In this document: piece by piece, positions 9,317 to 19,926 of the stretch
How the letters are laid out: every line of letters begins with the position of its first letter
Position numbering within the stretch: the stretch's first letter is position 1
Origin: Gemmatimonadales bacterium
Lineage (GTDB): Bacteria; Gemmatimonadota; Gemmatimonadetes; Longimicrobiales; Gaopeijiaceae
Direction of reading: 5' to 3'
NCBI GenBank assembly: GCA_007695195.1
Contig: REEG01000157.1
Coordinates: 4,270 to 68,269 of the forward strand
DNA: 64,000 bases
Made by a program: the position numbers and the translations under genes
Notes under the pieces: model-generated
Database searches by the model: none
What the model was told of the DNA's origin: nothing
What the model saw: only the letters and a program-made list of their open reading frames with translations

Positions 9317-10372
9317 ATGAACGTCTTCGAGCTGTTGTCCGAGAAGGGTCATGAGCAGGTTGTCTTCTGGTCCGAACCTGAACTCGGATACCGCGGGATC
9401 ATCGCCATCCACGACTCCACCCTGGGGCCGGCGCTTGGGGGGACGCGGTTCTGGAACTATGCCTCCGACGAGGAGGCGTTCATCGACGTGCTTCGCCTCT
9501 CCCACGGGATGACCTACAAGGCCGCGGTGGCGGGGGTGAATCTGGGGGGCGGCAAGTCCGTCATCATGGGGGATAACCGCATCCGCGATCGGGAGATGAT
9601 CTTCCGGGCCCACGGCCGGGCGGTGGAATCCCTTGGCGGTCGCTACATCACCGCGGAGGACGTGGGGACGTCGGTGGACGATATGGAGTTCGTCCGGATG
9701 GAGACGGATTCGGTGGTGGGGGTCCTGGGCGGATCGGGGGATCCCTCGCCGGTGACGGCGTTCGGGACGTATCAGGGGATCCGGGCATGTGCGGAACGAC
9801 GCTACGGCCGAGCCGGCCTCTCCGGCCGCCACGTGGCCGTGCAGGGACTCGGGAATGTGGGTCGCAACCTGTGCGGCTTCCTCCTGGAGGAGGGCGCCCG
9901 CCTCACCGTCACCGACATCGATCCGGAGCGGGTGCAGGAGGCCGTTCAGGCATTCGGGGCCGAGGCCGTGGCCCCTGACGAGATCTATGGGGTGAAGGCG
10001 GACATCTTCGCGCCCTGTGCCCTGGGAGCCGTCATCAACGGCGATACCCTGAAGGTCCTCCAGGTGGACATCGTGGCCGGAGCCGCCAACAACCAGTTGG
10101 CCCGGGAAGCCCATGGAGAGATCCTCCATGAGCGGGGTATCCTCTACGCGCCAGACTATGTGATCAACGCCGGCGGGCTCATCAACGTCTACGGCGAACT
10201 GCACGACTGGACGTCGGATCGGAGCAAGCGGAAGGCGCAGGAGATCTTCACCACCCTGCTTCGCATCTTCGAGATGGCCGAGGAGGGCGGTATCCCCACG
10301 GGGGCGGCGGCGGACCGCCTGGCGGAAGAGCGGATCCAGCGGATCCGGCACCTGCAACGCTCCACCCTCTGA
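9317..10372 (+). CDS. leucine (Glu/Leu/Phe/Val family) dehydrogenase
   Basis: GGTRFWNY, catalytic-Lys motif NLGGGKSVI, NAD motif VQGLGNVGRNL. ORF-track start 9122 trimmed to ATG 9317 (MNVFELLSEKGHEQVVF). Confidence 0.85.
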   Translation: MNVFELLSEKGHEQVVFWSEPELGYRGIIAIHDSTLGPALGGTRFWNYASDEEAFIDVLRLSHGMTYKAAVAGVNLGGGKSVIMGDNRIRDREMIFRAHGRAVESLGGRYITAEDVGTSVDDMEFVRMETDSVVGVLGGSGDPSPVTAFGTYQGIRACAERRYGRAGLSGRHVAVQGLGNVGRNLCGFLLEEGARLTVTDIDPERVQEAVQAFGAEAVAPDEIYGVKADIFAPCALGAVINGDTLKVLQVDIVAGAANNQLAREAHGEILHERGILYAPDYVINAGGLINVYGELHDWTSDRSKRKAQEIFTTLLRIFEMAEEGGIPTGAAADRLAEERIQRIRHLQRSTL

Positions 10373-10521
10373 GGGATCCCCGACGACGGAGGATCTGTTC
10401 CCCTCGTCCGGCAAAGTGATCATCTTCGACATTCCACGATGTCCGCACAGCCCGGCGCCGGCCCGGTGGCGGGCGTCGGGAGCCCTCAACCCGATATCCA
10501 TCCCAAGGGAGTCGCAGACTC

Positions 10522-11787
10522 ATGACCCGTCCCTACGCCCACCTCCGCGAAACGGATCCCGAGATCTATCAGGCCGTGCAGGCCGAAACCCGGCGGCAGG
10601 CCTTCGGTCTGGAACTCATCGCTTCGGAGAACTTCGTGTCCCGTGCCGTCATGGAGACCATGGGCACGGTGATGACCAACAAGTACGCCGAGGGGCTGCC
10701 CGGGAAACGGTACTACGGGGGGTGCGAGTTCGTCGATCAGGCCGAGGAGTTGGCCCGGAGCCGGGCGCTGGAGCTTTTCGGGGCCGATCATGTGAATGTG
10801 CAGCCCCACTCCGGCGCTCAGGCCAACATGGCCGTCTTCCTGGCCTTCCTGAGACCCGGGGACTCCATCCTGGGGATGAATCTGAGTCACGGCGGTCACC
10901 TCACCCATGGATCTCCGGTGAACGCCTCCGGGATTCTCTACGACGTGACCTCCTACGGGGTAGACGAGGAGACCGGCCTCATCGATTACGACGCCGTGCG
11001 GGACGCCGCCCGGCGGATCGGCCCCCGCATGATCATCGCCGGGGCCAGCGCCTACCCTCGGATCCTGGACTTCGAGGCGTTCGGTGAGATCGCCCGGGAG
11101 GTGGAGGCGCCCCTCCTGGTGGACATGGCCCACATTGCCGGCCTGGTGGCCGCCGGGGTGCACCCGAGCCCGGTCCCCCACGCCGATGTGGTGACCACCA
11201 CCACCCACAAGACGCTCCGGGGACCCCGGGGTGGCCTGATCCTGAGTCGGGCCGAGCACGCCCGGGCCGTGGACAAGGCGGTGTTCCCAGGGACCCAGGG
11301 CGGCCCCCTCATGCACATCATCGCCGCCAAGGCGGTGGCCTTCCGCGAGGCGCTGGACCCATCGTTCCAGGGATACCAGGAGCAGATCGTGGCCAACGCC
11401 CGTGCGCTGGGTGCCCGCCTGATGGAGCGGGGGCTGGACCTGGTCTCCGGCGGTACCGACACCCACCTGGTTCTGGTGGATCTCCGGAGCCGGGGCGAAC
11501 TGACCGGGAAGGAGGCCGAGGCGCGCCTCGAGTCGGCGGGGATCACGGTGAACAAGAACACCGTCCCCGGCGAAACCCGCTCTCCCTTCGTTACCTCGGG
11601 CCTCCGCATCGGAACTCCCGCGCTCACGAGTCGTGGGATGAAGGAAGGGGAAATGGCACGGGTGGCCGATTGGATCGCCGACATCGTCGACGCGCCGGCA
11701 AGCGACGAGATTCGCGACCGGGTACGCGACGAGGTCGTCGCGTTCTGCCACGAATTCCCGCTATACCCCGAGCTACTGGATGATTGA
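10522..11787 (+). CDS. glyA: serine hydroxymethyltransferase
   Basis: [11 protein letters not shown] and PLP-Lys motif [14 protein letters not shown]; full length. Confidence 0.95.
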   Translation: MTRPYAHLRETDPEIYQAVQAETRRQAFGLELIASENFVSRAVMETMGTVMTNKYAEGLPGKRYYGGCEFVDQAEELARSRALELFGADHVNVQPHSGAQANMAVFLAFLRPGDSILGMNLSHGGHLTHGSPVNASGILYDVTSYGVDEETGLIDYDAVRDAARRIGPRMIIAGASAYPRILDFEAFGEIAREVEAPLLVDMAHIAGLVAAGVHPSPVPHADVVTTTTHKTLRGPRGGLILSRAEHARAVDKAVFPGTQGGPLMHIIAAKAVAFREALDPSFQGYQEQIVANARALGARLMERGLDLVSGGTDTHLVLVDLRSRGELTGKEAEARLESAGITVNKNTVPGETRSPFVTSGLRIGTPALTSRGMKEGEMARVADWIADIVDAPASDEIRDRVRDEVVAFCHEFPLYPELLDD

Positions 11788-11891
11788 CTGGCCGCGGCTC
11801 GGCTTTGGCGACGACCGGACCCGGCTTCCCGTCGGGGGTTTCGGCCCGCAAGCCCTGGCGTCGGCTCCCGACGTGCCCCACTATCCTCACC

Positions 11892-12272
11892 ATGACTGAA
11901 GTCCAGTTCGCCGACGAGATCCTGGAGCGACTCACCCGTCGCAATCCCCGCTTCCAGGGGAAGGCGTACGGGTTTGTCCTCTCGGCACTCCACTACGTCA
12001 TGGACGGGCTTGAGAATCCCCGTCACATCTCCGGTGCCGAGCTGGCCGACGGAGTGCGGGCTCTGGCCATTCGTGAGTTCGGACCCATGGCCCGGACCGT
12101 TCTGGGGTTCTGGGGCATCCAGAGCACCGAGAACATCGGCGAGATCGTGTTTGCACTCGTGGATACCGGGGTCCTCATCAAGGAGGATGACGATTCCCTC
12201 GACGACTTTCGCGACCTTTTCGATTTCGAAGTGGCCTTCGAACGGGACTACCCGTGGGGGACCACAGGGTGA
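11892..12272 (+). CDS. conserved hypothetical protein (resembles the Minf_1886-type family; from memory only)
   Basis: 126 aa from ATG 11892 (MTEVQFADEILERL...GKAYGFVLSALHYV...HISGAELADGVRALAIREFGPMARTVLGFWGI...DFRDLFDFEVAF). The ORF-track start 11784 overlaps glyA and was trimmed. Confidence 0.5.
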   Translation: MTEVQFADEILERLTRRNPRFQGKAYGFVLSALHYVMDGLENPRHISGAELADGVRALAIREFGPMARTVLGFWGIQSTENIGEIVFALVDTGVLIKEDDDSLDDFRDLFDFEVAFERDYPWGTTG

Positions 12273-12326
12273 TTCCGGAGGGAGGCCGGTGCGACTCCAG
12301 GCCGATCCTCACCCCATGATCTTCCC

Positions 12327-14045
12327 ATGAGGGCTTCCCCCCGCATCCCCTTCCTTGGCCGTCGGGACGTGGCCCTTCCCACGGGCTCCGAGGCGGCGGC
12401 CTTTGACCGGTGGGCCATGGAGAGGCGGGGTGTTCCCGGGACCGTCCTCATGGAGAACGCCGGCCGTGAGGCCGCACGTCTCCTCCATCAACTGGTGCCC
12501 CGGGGACGGGTGGCGGTGGTGGTGGGATCCGGGAACAATGGAGGGGATGGGGTTGTCCTGGCCCGGACGCTGACCGCCTGGGGCCGGGATGTGGCCCTTC
12601 TTGTGGCGGGAGACCGGGCCCACCCCGACCCGCTCCTCCACGGATGGCGGCCGGCGACCTTCATCCGGATCCCCATGGAGGCCGGAGCCCCAGACGGAGA
12701 GCGGGACCGTGCCGCCTGGTCCTCGGAACTTGAAGGGGCTGCGGTGGTGGTGGACGCCCTGTTGGGGACCGGGATACGGGGGGCTCCCCGAGCGCCCCAG
12801 GCCCGCGTCATCCAGGCCATGCAGACCGCGGCCGCCTCCCGGCCCGTCCTGGCCCTGGATGTTCCCTCCGGCGTGGACGGCGACACCGGTGCCGCTCCCG
12901 GCGCCGCCGTGCAGGCCGAGTGGACCGTGGCTTTCGGTGCGCCCAAACGCGGGACCCTCCTCCACCCCGGCCGGGCCCTGGCCGGACGGCTCCTGGCCGT
13001 GGAGATGGGCTTTCCACCCTGGCGATGGGGCGGTGGAGCGGGAGGGGAAGGGAACGGGTCCCAGGGACGGGCGTCGGGACGACTCATCACCCCGGGTTGG
13101 GCCTCGGCCAGGGTTCCCCACCGGGCCCTGGTCACCCACAAGAACGCCGAGGGGCGGCTCTTGCTGGTAGCGGGATCTCCGGGAATGGCCGGAGCGGCCA
13201 TTCTCTCGGCCCGGGCCGCCCTCGCCGCCGGCGCCGGCTACCTCCGCATCGCCACCCCCCCCGAACTGAGGGACCTGGTGCAGTTGGCCGTTCCGTCGGC
13301 TGTCTGGGTGGACGTCTCCCAGGAGTCGGCCGTAGCGGAGGCGCTGCATGCATCCGACGCCGCAGCGGTGGGCCCCGGATTGGGGCTCGGGCATACCGCA
13401 CTGCACACGCTTCGGACCGTTCTCTCGGCCCGGGCCGAGGTGGCTTCGGGTCCAGGCAGGGGACTGCCCCTCCTCATGGACGCCGATGCCCTGAACCTCC
13501 TGGCGGCGGGAGAACTCGGGTCCATGGATCCTGGCCCCACCGCCGATGGGCCCCTCCTCCTGACCCCCCACCCCGGGGAGGCCCGTCGCCTGGAGGGTGG
13601 CGGACCGGGTACGCCTCCCGAGCCGCCATTGGATGTGGGACTCCGGGCACGGGCTATCGCCCGGCGCACCCGCGCCACCGTCCTCCTGAAGGGGAATCCT
13701 TCGGTGGTGGCCGGTCCCGATTCGTCGCTCCCACTTCTCTACGCCGCCACCTCCTCCTCATCGCTGGCCCGGGCGGGGATGGGCGATGTCCTCACCGGCG
13801 TGGCCGGTGCCCTCCTGGCCCGGGGACTCGCACCGGATGAGGCGGCCGGGGTGGCTCTCCATCTCACCGGCATCGCCGCCTGGCCCCGCTGGACACCCGT
13901 CTCGCCCTCAGGCGGGGCCCCGGCCGACGCCCCCCTCCCCGACGAGGTGGTGGCAGGGGTAGCCAGGGCCATGGCAGCATCCGGTGACGGTGAGTCGGAG
14001 GTGGATCACCCGTCGCTCCTCCTGGATCTTCCGGCTCCATGGTGA
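12327..14045 (+). CDS. nnr: bifunctional NAD(P)H-hydrate epimerase / ADP-dependent dehydratase
   Basis: N-terminal YjeF_N (VVVGSGNNGGDG) and C-terminal carbohydrate-kinase domain (LLTPHPGEARRL, GMGDVLTG). Confidence 0.85.
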   Translation: MRASPRIPFLGRRDVALPTGSEAAAFDRWAMERRGVPGTVLMENAGREAARLLHQLVPRGRVAVVVGSGNNGGDGVVLARTLTAWGRDVALLVAGDRAHPDPLLHGWRPATFIRIPMEAGAPDGERDRAAWSSELEGAAVVVDALLGTGIRGAPRAPQARVIQAMQTAAASRPVLALDVPSGVDGDTGAAPGAAVQAEWTVAFGAPKRGTLLHPGRALAGRLLAVEMGFPPWRWGGGAGGEGNGSQGRASGRLITPGWASARVPHRALVTHKNAEGRLLLVAGSPGMAGAAILSARAALAAGAGYLRIATPPELRDLVQLAVPSAVWVDVSQESAVAEALHASDAAAVGPGLGLGHTALHTLRTVLSARAEVASGPGRGLPLLMDADALNLLAAGELGSMDPGPTADGPLLLTPHPGEARRLEGGGPGTPPEPPLDVGLRARAIARRTRATVLLKGNPSVVAGPDSSLPLLYAATSSSSLARAGMGDVLTGVAGALLARGLAPDEAAGVALHLTGIAAWPRWTPVSPSGGAPADAPLPDEVVAGVARAMAASGDGESEVDHPSLLLDLPAPW

Positions 14046-14103
14046 GCCCGACCCCAGCGATTCCGATCCCACTTCCCTCCCACACCTTCCCGTCGAGACA
14101 ACC

Positions 14104-15075
14104 ATGAAAGGATCGACACCGCTGGGACCGGGGCGGGAGTTCGACCGGATTCGGGGGGTTCTGAGGGGCGCCTCGGGTGCAGGGGAAGGGGTGCAGGTGC
14201 CTCCGGGGGATGATGCCACGGTGCTGGACCCCGACCTGGTGATTTCCACCGACCTGGCAGTGGAGGGTATCCACTTCCGCCTGGACTGGCTGGACCCGCA
14301 CGAGGCGGGCGCTCGCGCCGTCGGTGCCGCCGTGAGTGACCTGGCCGCCATGGGAGCGCGCCTTGTGGGTGTTCTGGCCTCGGTGGCGCTGCCGGAGGGG
14401 GATCTCTGGGCCCCTCGGGGCGCCGCCTTCATGGCCGGAATCCGGGACCGGGTCGAGGCGTTGGGGGGACAGCTCCTGGGTGGAGACCTGACCCGAAGTC
14501 CGTCCCACCTCCTGGTGGATGTGGTTGCCGTCGGTCGGACCGGACGTCCCCTCCTTCGCTCCGGCGCACGTCCCGGGGACGAACTGTGGGTCACAGGGCA
14601 CCTCGGTGGGGCCGCCACCGCCGTCCGACTCTGGGGCGCCGGGCGGTCTGTTCCGGCGTCGCTCCGTCTTCGCTACATCCGTCCCGAACCCAGGCTCGCC
14701 GAGGCCATCTGGCTGGTGGAGGAGGCCGGCGCCCGGGCAGGCCTGGACCTGTCGGACGGCCTGGCCGGAGACGCCTCCCATCTGGCCGCCGCCTCGGGAG
14801 TGGGAGTGGTGCTGGAGGCATCCACCCTTCCCCTGGAGCCCCATCCGGAGGTTACCTTGGAAGAGGCGCTCCACGGGGGAGATGATTTCGAAATCCTGGT
14901 GGCGCTTCCGCCCGGCGCCGCAGTGGATGGTCGGGCCGAGGCGTTTCACCGTCGGTTCGAGCTTCCCCTGACCCGGGTGGGCGTCGTCCGGAAGGGCAGC
15001 GGCGTATCCCTCCTGGAGCCCGGGCACCACAGCCCCGTACCCCTCACCCGAGGGGGGTGGGACCACTTCCGCTGA
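14104..15075 (+). CDS. thiL: thiamine-monophosphate kinase
   Basis: PPGDDATVLD, STDLAVEGIHF and AIR-synthase-like C-domain. Trimmed from 13984 to ATG 14104 (MKGSTPLGPGREFD). Confidence 0.85.
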   Translation: MKGSTPLGPGREFDRIRGVLRGASGAGEGVQVPPGDDATVLDPDLVISTDLAVEGIHFRLDWLDPHEAGARAVGAAVSDLAAMGARLVGVLASVALPEGDLWAPRGAAFMAGIRDRVEALGGQLLGGDLTRSPSHLLVDVVAVGRTGRPLLRSGARPGDELWVTGHLGGAATAVRLWGAGRSVPASLRLRYIRPEPRLAEAIWLVEEAGARAGLDLSDGLAGDASHLAAASGVGVVLEASTLPLEPHPEVTLEEALHGGDDFEILVALPPGAAVDGRAEAFHRRFELPLTRVGVVRKGSGVSLLEPGHHSPVPLTRGGWDHFR

Positions 15076-15092
15076 ATGGAGGAGGAGACGCG

Positions 15093-15827
15093 TTGATCCG
15101 AGGGCTCTGGCTCTATCCGGCTGCACTGGCTCTGACCTTCTATCTGGCCGGAAGGGTGGTGCTGAGTTCACTTCTGGGTAGTTCGAAGCTCGGATGTCAC
15201 TGCCGGGATTTCCCCCGGCTCTGGTCCAGGCTCCTGATCCGCTGGTCCGGCGGTTCGGTGGAGGTGGAGGGGCTTGACCGGGTGGACTGGGACCGGCCCA
15301 TGGTCATGGTGGCGAACCATCAATCGTGGTTCGATGTCTTCGCCATCCTCGCCCATATCCCGGCGAACCTCCGCTTCGTGGCCAAGGAGGAGTTGGGGCG
15401 GATCCCCATCTTCGGACGGGCATGGAAGGCGTGCGGTCATGTCTCGGTGAACCGCTCCGACCGGGCCGAGGCCATCGCCTCCCTGGAGCGGGCCGCTGCC
15501 CGGATTCGCGACGAGTCCCTGGCGGTGATCTTCTTTCCCGAGGGAACGCGTTCTCCGGACGGCCGGCTCCAGAGTTTCAAGAAGGGCGCCTTCGTCCTTG
15601 CGCTACAGACCGATGTCCCCGTGGTCCCCCTGGGGATTTCCGGAAGCCGGGACGTCATGCCCAAGGGCTCGTTCAGGATCCGGCCTGGCCGCATCAGGAT
15701 CCGGGTGGGAGAGCCGATACCCACGGCAGGCATGGTCCATGCGGATCGGGGCCGTCTTCTGGAGCAGGCACGGAGCGCTGTGGCCGAACTCATGGAAGAC
15801 CCGGACGCCCTGGCGGCCGGGAGGTGA
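15093..15827 (+). CDS. plsC: 1-acyl-sn-glycerol-3-phosphate acyltransferase
   Basis: HX4D motif VANHQSWFDVF and FFPEGTRS. TTG 15093 is preceded by GGAGGAGGAG (15078-15087) and is preferred over GTG 15057, which overlaps thiL. Confidence 0.8.
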   Translation: MIRGLWLYPAALALTFYLAGRVVLSSLLGSSKLGCHCRDFPRLWSRLLIRWSGGSVEVEGLDRVDWDRPMVMVANHQSWFDVFAILAHIPANLRFVAKEELGRIPIFGRAWKACGHVSVNRSDRAEAIASLERAAARIRDESLAVIFFPEGTRSPDGRLQSFKKGAFVLALQTDVPVVPLGISGSRDVMPKGSFRIRPGRIRIRVGEPIPTAGMVHADRGRLLEQARSAVAELMEDPDALAAGR

Positions 15828-17189
<1,362 letters not shown>

Positions 17190-17216
17190 CTCCGGACCAC
17201 TTAACCCACCCCACCC

Positions 17217-17528
17217 ATGCGTCGCGTCCTCCTTCCCCTGGTTCTGGCCCTGGCCGGCTACTATGCCCTGTTCGGAGGGGAGTACACCCAGGCGGACGTG
17301 TCCACAGTCGCCGCGGAGCGTGACGAAGCGGTGCGTGAGCTGGCCCGAGCCCAGGCGCTGAACGACTCGCTCCGGGCCCGGGCCGACTCCCTGCAGAACC
17401 ACGATGGGACGCTGGAGACGTTGGCGCGGGAGCGTTTCGGCCTCATCCGGGACGGTGAGATCGTGTATCGCTTCGCAGGTCCGCCGGAGGGTCGAAACCA
17501 TCTTGACAACGACGGGGAGGGGGAGTAG
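17217..17528 (+). CDS. ftsB: septum formation initiator (FtsB/DivIC family)
   Basis: N-terminal TM, then coiled coil, then conserved tail LARERFGLIRDGEIVYRF. Conserved eno-ftsB synteny. Confidence 0.75.
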   Translation: MRRVLLPLVLALAGYYALFGGEYTQADVSTVAAERDEAVRELARAQALNDSLRARADSLQNHDGTLETLARERFGLIRDGEIVYRFAGPPEGRNHLDNDGEGE

Positions 17529-17545
17529 CCTTTTAGGCTCGGTTT

Positions 17546-17619
17546 GCCGGAGTAGCTCAGTTGGTTAGAGCAGCGGAATCATAATCCGCGAGTCGGGGGT
17601 TCGAGTCCCTCCTCCGGCA
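17546..17619 (+). tRNA. tRNA with CAU anticodon (elongator Met, or Ile2 if lysidine-modified); no encoded CCA
   Basis: Cloverleaf read by eye: acceptor GCCGGAG/CTCCGGC, D-arm GCTC-AGTTGGTTA-GAGC, anticodon stem GCGGA/TCCGC with loop AUCAUAA, T-arm GGGGG-TTCGAGT-CCCTC, discriminator A. Confidence 0.9.
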
Positions 17620-17639
17620 CTCACAAGTATCTGAACCGT

Positions 17640-17669
17640 CGGCCCTCTGGATTCATGTCCGGAGGGCCG
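17640..17669 (+). terminator. hairpin downstream of tRNA(CAU)
   Basis: CGGCCCTC (17640-17647) pairs with GAGGGCCG (17662-17669); 14-nt loop; followed by TTCGTGC (poor U-tract). Confidence 0.4.
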
Positions 17670-17740
17670 TTCGTGCAAAATGGAATCAGGGGTCGACCGC
17701 TGGCCGATGTCAGGTTCCACATTCCCGGAGGAAGCTGGCC

Positions 17741-18430
17741 GTGTCCGCGTCCCGTCCCTCTCCCGATTCCCATCGCTCGGCGCCGGGTTCGCTGTCGTGG
17801 ATCGTTCCCATCCTGTTTCTCGCGGGAATGGGAGGGTGGTTCTATTATGCAGGGTCGGACCGTGCGCGTCCCGCCCCACCCGACGCATCGGCTCAGGAGG
17901 AGCAACTCCGCATCAGCCACGCCTCGGCCATTCCGTGCAATGTCCCCCTCCGTTGGAGGATCGAGGTGGACGGCTCCGACGCCGCAGAGGGAGCCGAGAC
18001 GCTCTGGGCGGCGGTCCGTGCGGCGGCCGGGATCTGGGAGTCGGGAGTGGAACGATCCCTCTTCCAGGCTCATGCCACGGAAGGCTTCCCGGTGCGCTTC
18101 ACCCGCAGTTCGGGAGCTGTTGGAGATGAGGTGGGTGTGGGCGACGAGGCGGATCCGGCCGAGCCTGTGGTGCGCTTCGTTGAACGAGTTCGCGTCCGGA
18201 GCGGCCGGGTCATCTCGGTGGAACGGGCTGTGGAGATAGGGCCCGGGGTGGATCCGGAGCACCTTGTGCTGCTCCTGGCCCGCGAACTCGGTCACGCCCT
18301 GGGGCTCCCCGATACCGACGCCACCGGCGCCCTCATGAACCCCAGGACCCGTCTCGAAGGACGGGAGCCGTCGGAGTTTCCCACGGCGGCCGATACCGAG
18401 GCTCTGCGAAGAGCCTGCGCCGGAGGCTGA
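17741..18430 (+). CDS. membrane-anchored matrixin-like (metzincin) protein with degenerate zinc motif
   Basis: N-terminal TM (LSWIVPILFLAGMGGWFYYA). Matrixin-like LRWRI...AAAGIWESGVERSLF. The motif LLLARELGHALGLPDTDATGALMNP aligns to HExxHxxGxxH...Met-turn, but with first His as Arg and third His as Asp. GTG start with GGAGGAAG RBS. Confidence 0.55.
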   Translation: MSASRPSPDSHRSAPGSLSWIVPILFLAGMGGWFYYAGSDRARPAPPDASAQEEQLRISHASAIPCNVPLRWRIEVDGSDAAEGAETLWAAVRAAAGIWESGVERSLFQAHATEGFPVRFTRSSGAVGDEVGVGDEADPAEPVVRFVERVRVRSGRVISVERAVEIGPGVDPEHLVLLLARELGHALGLPDTDATGALMNPRTRLEGREPSEFPTAADTEALRRACAGG

Positions 18431-18562
18431 CGGTCCGCCCTTCCTTGCCCCTCGCCCGTGGCGAGATATCTTCTCCCATCTGATCGAAGCCTTCCGGAGC
18501 CGTTCCGGTCGGCCCCGTGAAGCCTATCTGGATCCTCGTATCCCCCGGACGCCCGAATCCCC

Positions 18563-19105
18563 ATGGAACAGAGTCCCCAGCCATCCACTCCGGACGAACT
18601 CCTACAGGCCCGTCGCAAGTCGCTCCAGCAGATGACTGGGCGCCCCTTGCGCCAGCCGGAAGCCGACGGATCGCCCCTTCCCGACGAGCGCCGTGAGTAC
18701 CTTCTGGGCGAGGCACAGGATCTCTATTGGAATGATCTGGAGTGGGAGAACGTGACCGGTGAAGAGGAGTTGGAGGGCGGTCCCCTTACGGAGTTGACCT
18801 TCCCAGGCGTGCTGGCCTACACCCGGGGGCTCCTCCTCACCGAGGTCCCCAGCGATTCGCCGGTGGGCCCCGCACCTCGTCCCCAGGTAGTGGAGGACTT
18901 TCTGGCCTTCCTGGCCGATCGGGTTCTCACGCTCCAGGGGCCATCCGGCGACGGCGCCAGGAGGGATCCGGATGCGCTTCGCATGACCTCCGAGTTGTTG
19001 GATCAGGTGCTCATGGTCTACCACGGGGTGTCTCCCGAGGATGTGGGGCCGCTCGGGCCCTCCGAGATGATGACGGGCCGGGAGTCCGCGTCCGACGACG
19101 GATGA
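18563..19105 (+). CDS. hypothetical acidic protein
   Basis: 180-aa ORF with coding-like composition and no recognisable motif. ATGA overlap with the downstream glpQ start suggests translational coupling. Confidence 0.5.
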   Translation: MEQSPQPSTPDELLQARRKSLQQMTGRPLRQPEADGSPLPDERREYLLGEAQDLYWNDLEWENVTGEEELEGGPLTELTFPGVLAYTRGLLLTEVPSDSPVGPAPRPQVVEDFLAFLADRVLTLQGPSGDGARRDPDALRMTSELLDQVLMVYHGVSPEDVGPLGPSEMMTGRESASDDG

Positions 19106-19926
19106 GGATTCGCCCGGGGCATCCCTACATGGCGGGGCCTCCGCTCCTCTTCGCTCACCGGGGAGGGTCGGCGCTGGCTCCCGAGAACACCCTGGAGGCG
19201 TTCCAGGCCGCGGTGGACACCTGGGGTGCGGACGTTCTGGAGATGGATGTGCGTCTGACCCGGGATGGGGCACTGGTGGTCATTCACGACGCTACCGTCA
19301 ATCGGACCACCGATGGAACCGGCGCAGTGCGAGAGCACACGCTGGCCCAACTCCAGGCTCTGGACGCCGGGGCCCGGTTCGTGGATCCGGAAGGGCGGAC
19401 CTCCTTCCGGGGGCAGGGGGTCCGGATTCCCCTCTTCACCGAGGTTCTCGACCGCTTTCCCACCACACGCCTGAACGTGGACGCCAAGGATCCGGAAGCC
19501 CAGCCCCGGCTGGTCCAGCTACTCCAGGAGCGAGGAGAGGAGGACCGGGTGCTTCTGGCTTCTGCGGAGGAGGAGGGGCGCGCCGACGCCCTGGGATACG
19601 GCGGTCCCGTGTCGGCAACCCGTCGCCAGATCCGGTCTTTCTACCTCTCCCACCGTCTTCCCGGTGGCGGTCCGTATACACCCGCCACCGACGCCCTCCA
19701 GATCCCATATCGCTGGGAGGGTCGTCAGGTGACCACACCGGCCCTCATTCGCGAGGCCCATCGCCGGAACCTCCCTGTGCACGTGTGGACCGTGGACGAT
19801 CCGGCGCGTATGGAAGAACTTCTGGAGTGGGGCGTCGATGGAATCCAGACGGATCGACCGGATCTACTGGCGGAGGTCCTCCACCGGCGCACGGGCCGCT
19901 CCCTTCCACCGGGACTCAGGGCATGA
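19102..19926 (+). CDS. glycerophosphodiester phosphodiesterase
   Basis: GDPD motifs FAHRGGSALAPENT and EMDVRLTRDGALVVIHD. Confidence 0.85.
   Translation: MRIRPGHPYMAGPPLLFAHRGGSALAPENTLEAFQAAVDTWGADVLEMDVRLTRDGALVVIHDATVNRTTDGTGAVREHTLAQLQALDAGARFVDPEGRTSFRGQGVRIPLFTEVLDRFPTTRLNVDAKDPEAQPRLVQLLQERGEEDRVLLASAEEEGRADALGYGGPVSATRRQIRSFYLSHRLPGGGPYTPATDALQIPYRWEGRQVTTPALIREAHRRNLPVHVWTVDDPARMEELLEWGVDGIQTDRPDLLAEVLHRRTGRSLPPGLRA

Noticed and set aside
10373-10521. Possible ZTP (pfl) or folate-type riboswitch in the 149-nt leader of glyA.
   Set aside because: The conserved ZTP cores (GGGUCGUGACUGGCG-like 5' domain and CCGCCUGGGC 3' pseudoknot strand) are not present, and no other riboswitch core was recognisable. 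Treated as an ordinary leader.
17546-19926. Genomic island integrated at tRNA(CAU), and similarly at tRNA-Val 39357-39431.
   Set aside because: There is no integrase, recombinase, transposase or phage gene. I saw no direct repeat of the tRNA 3' end downstream and no obvious compositional break. The flanking genes are ordinary chromosomal genes.
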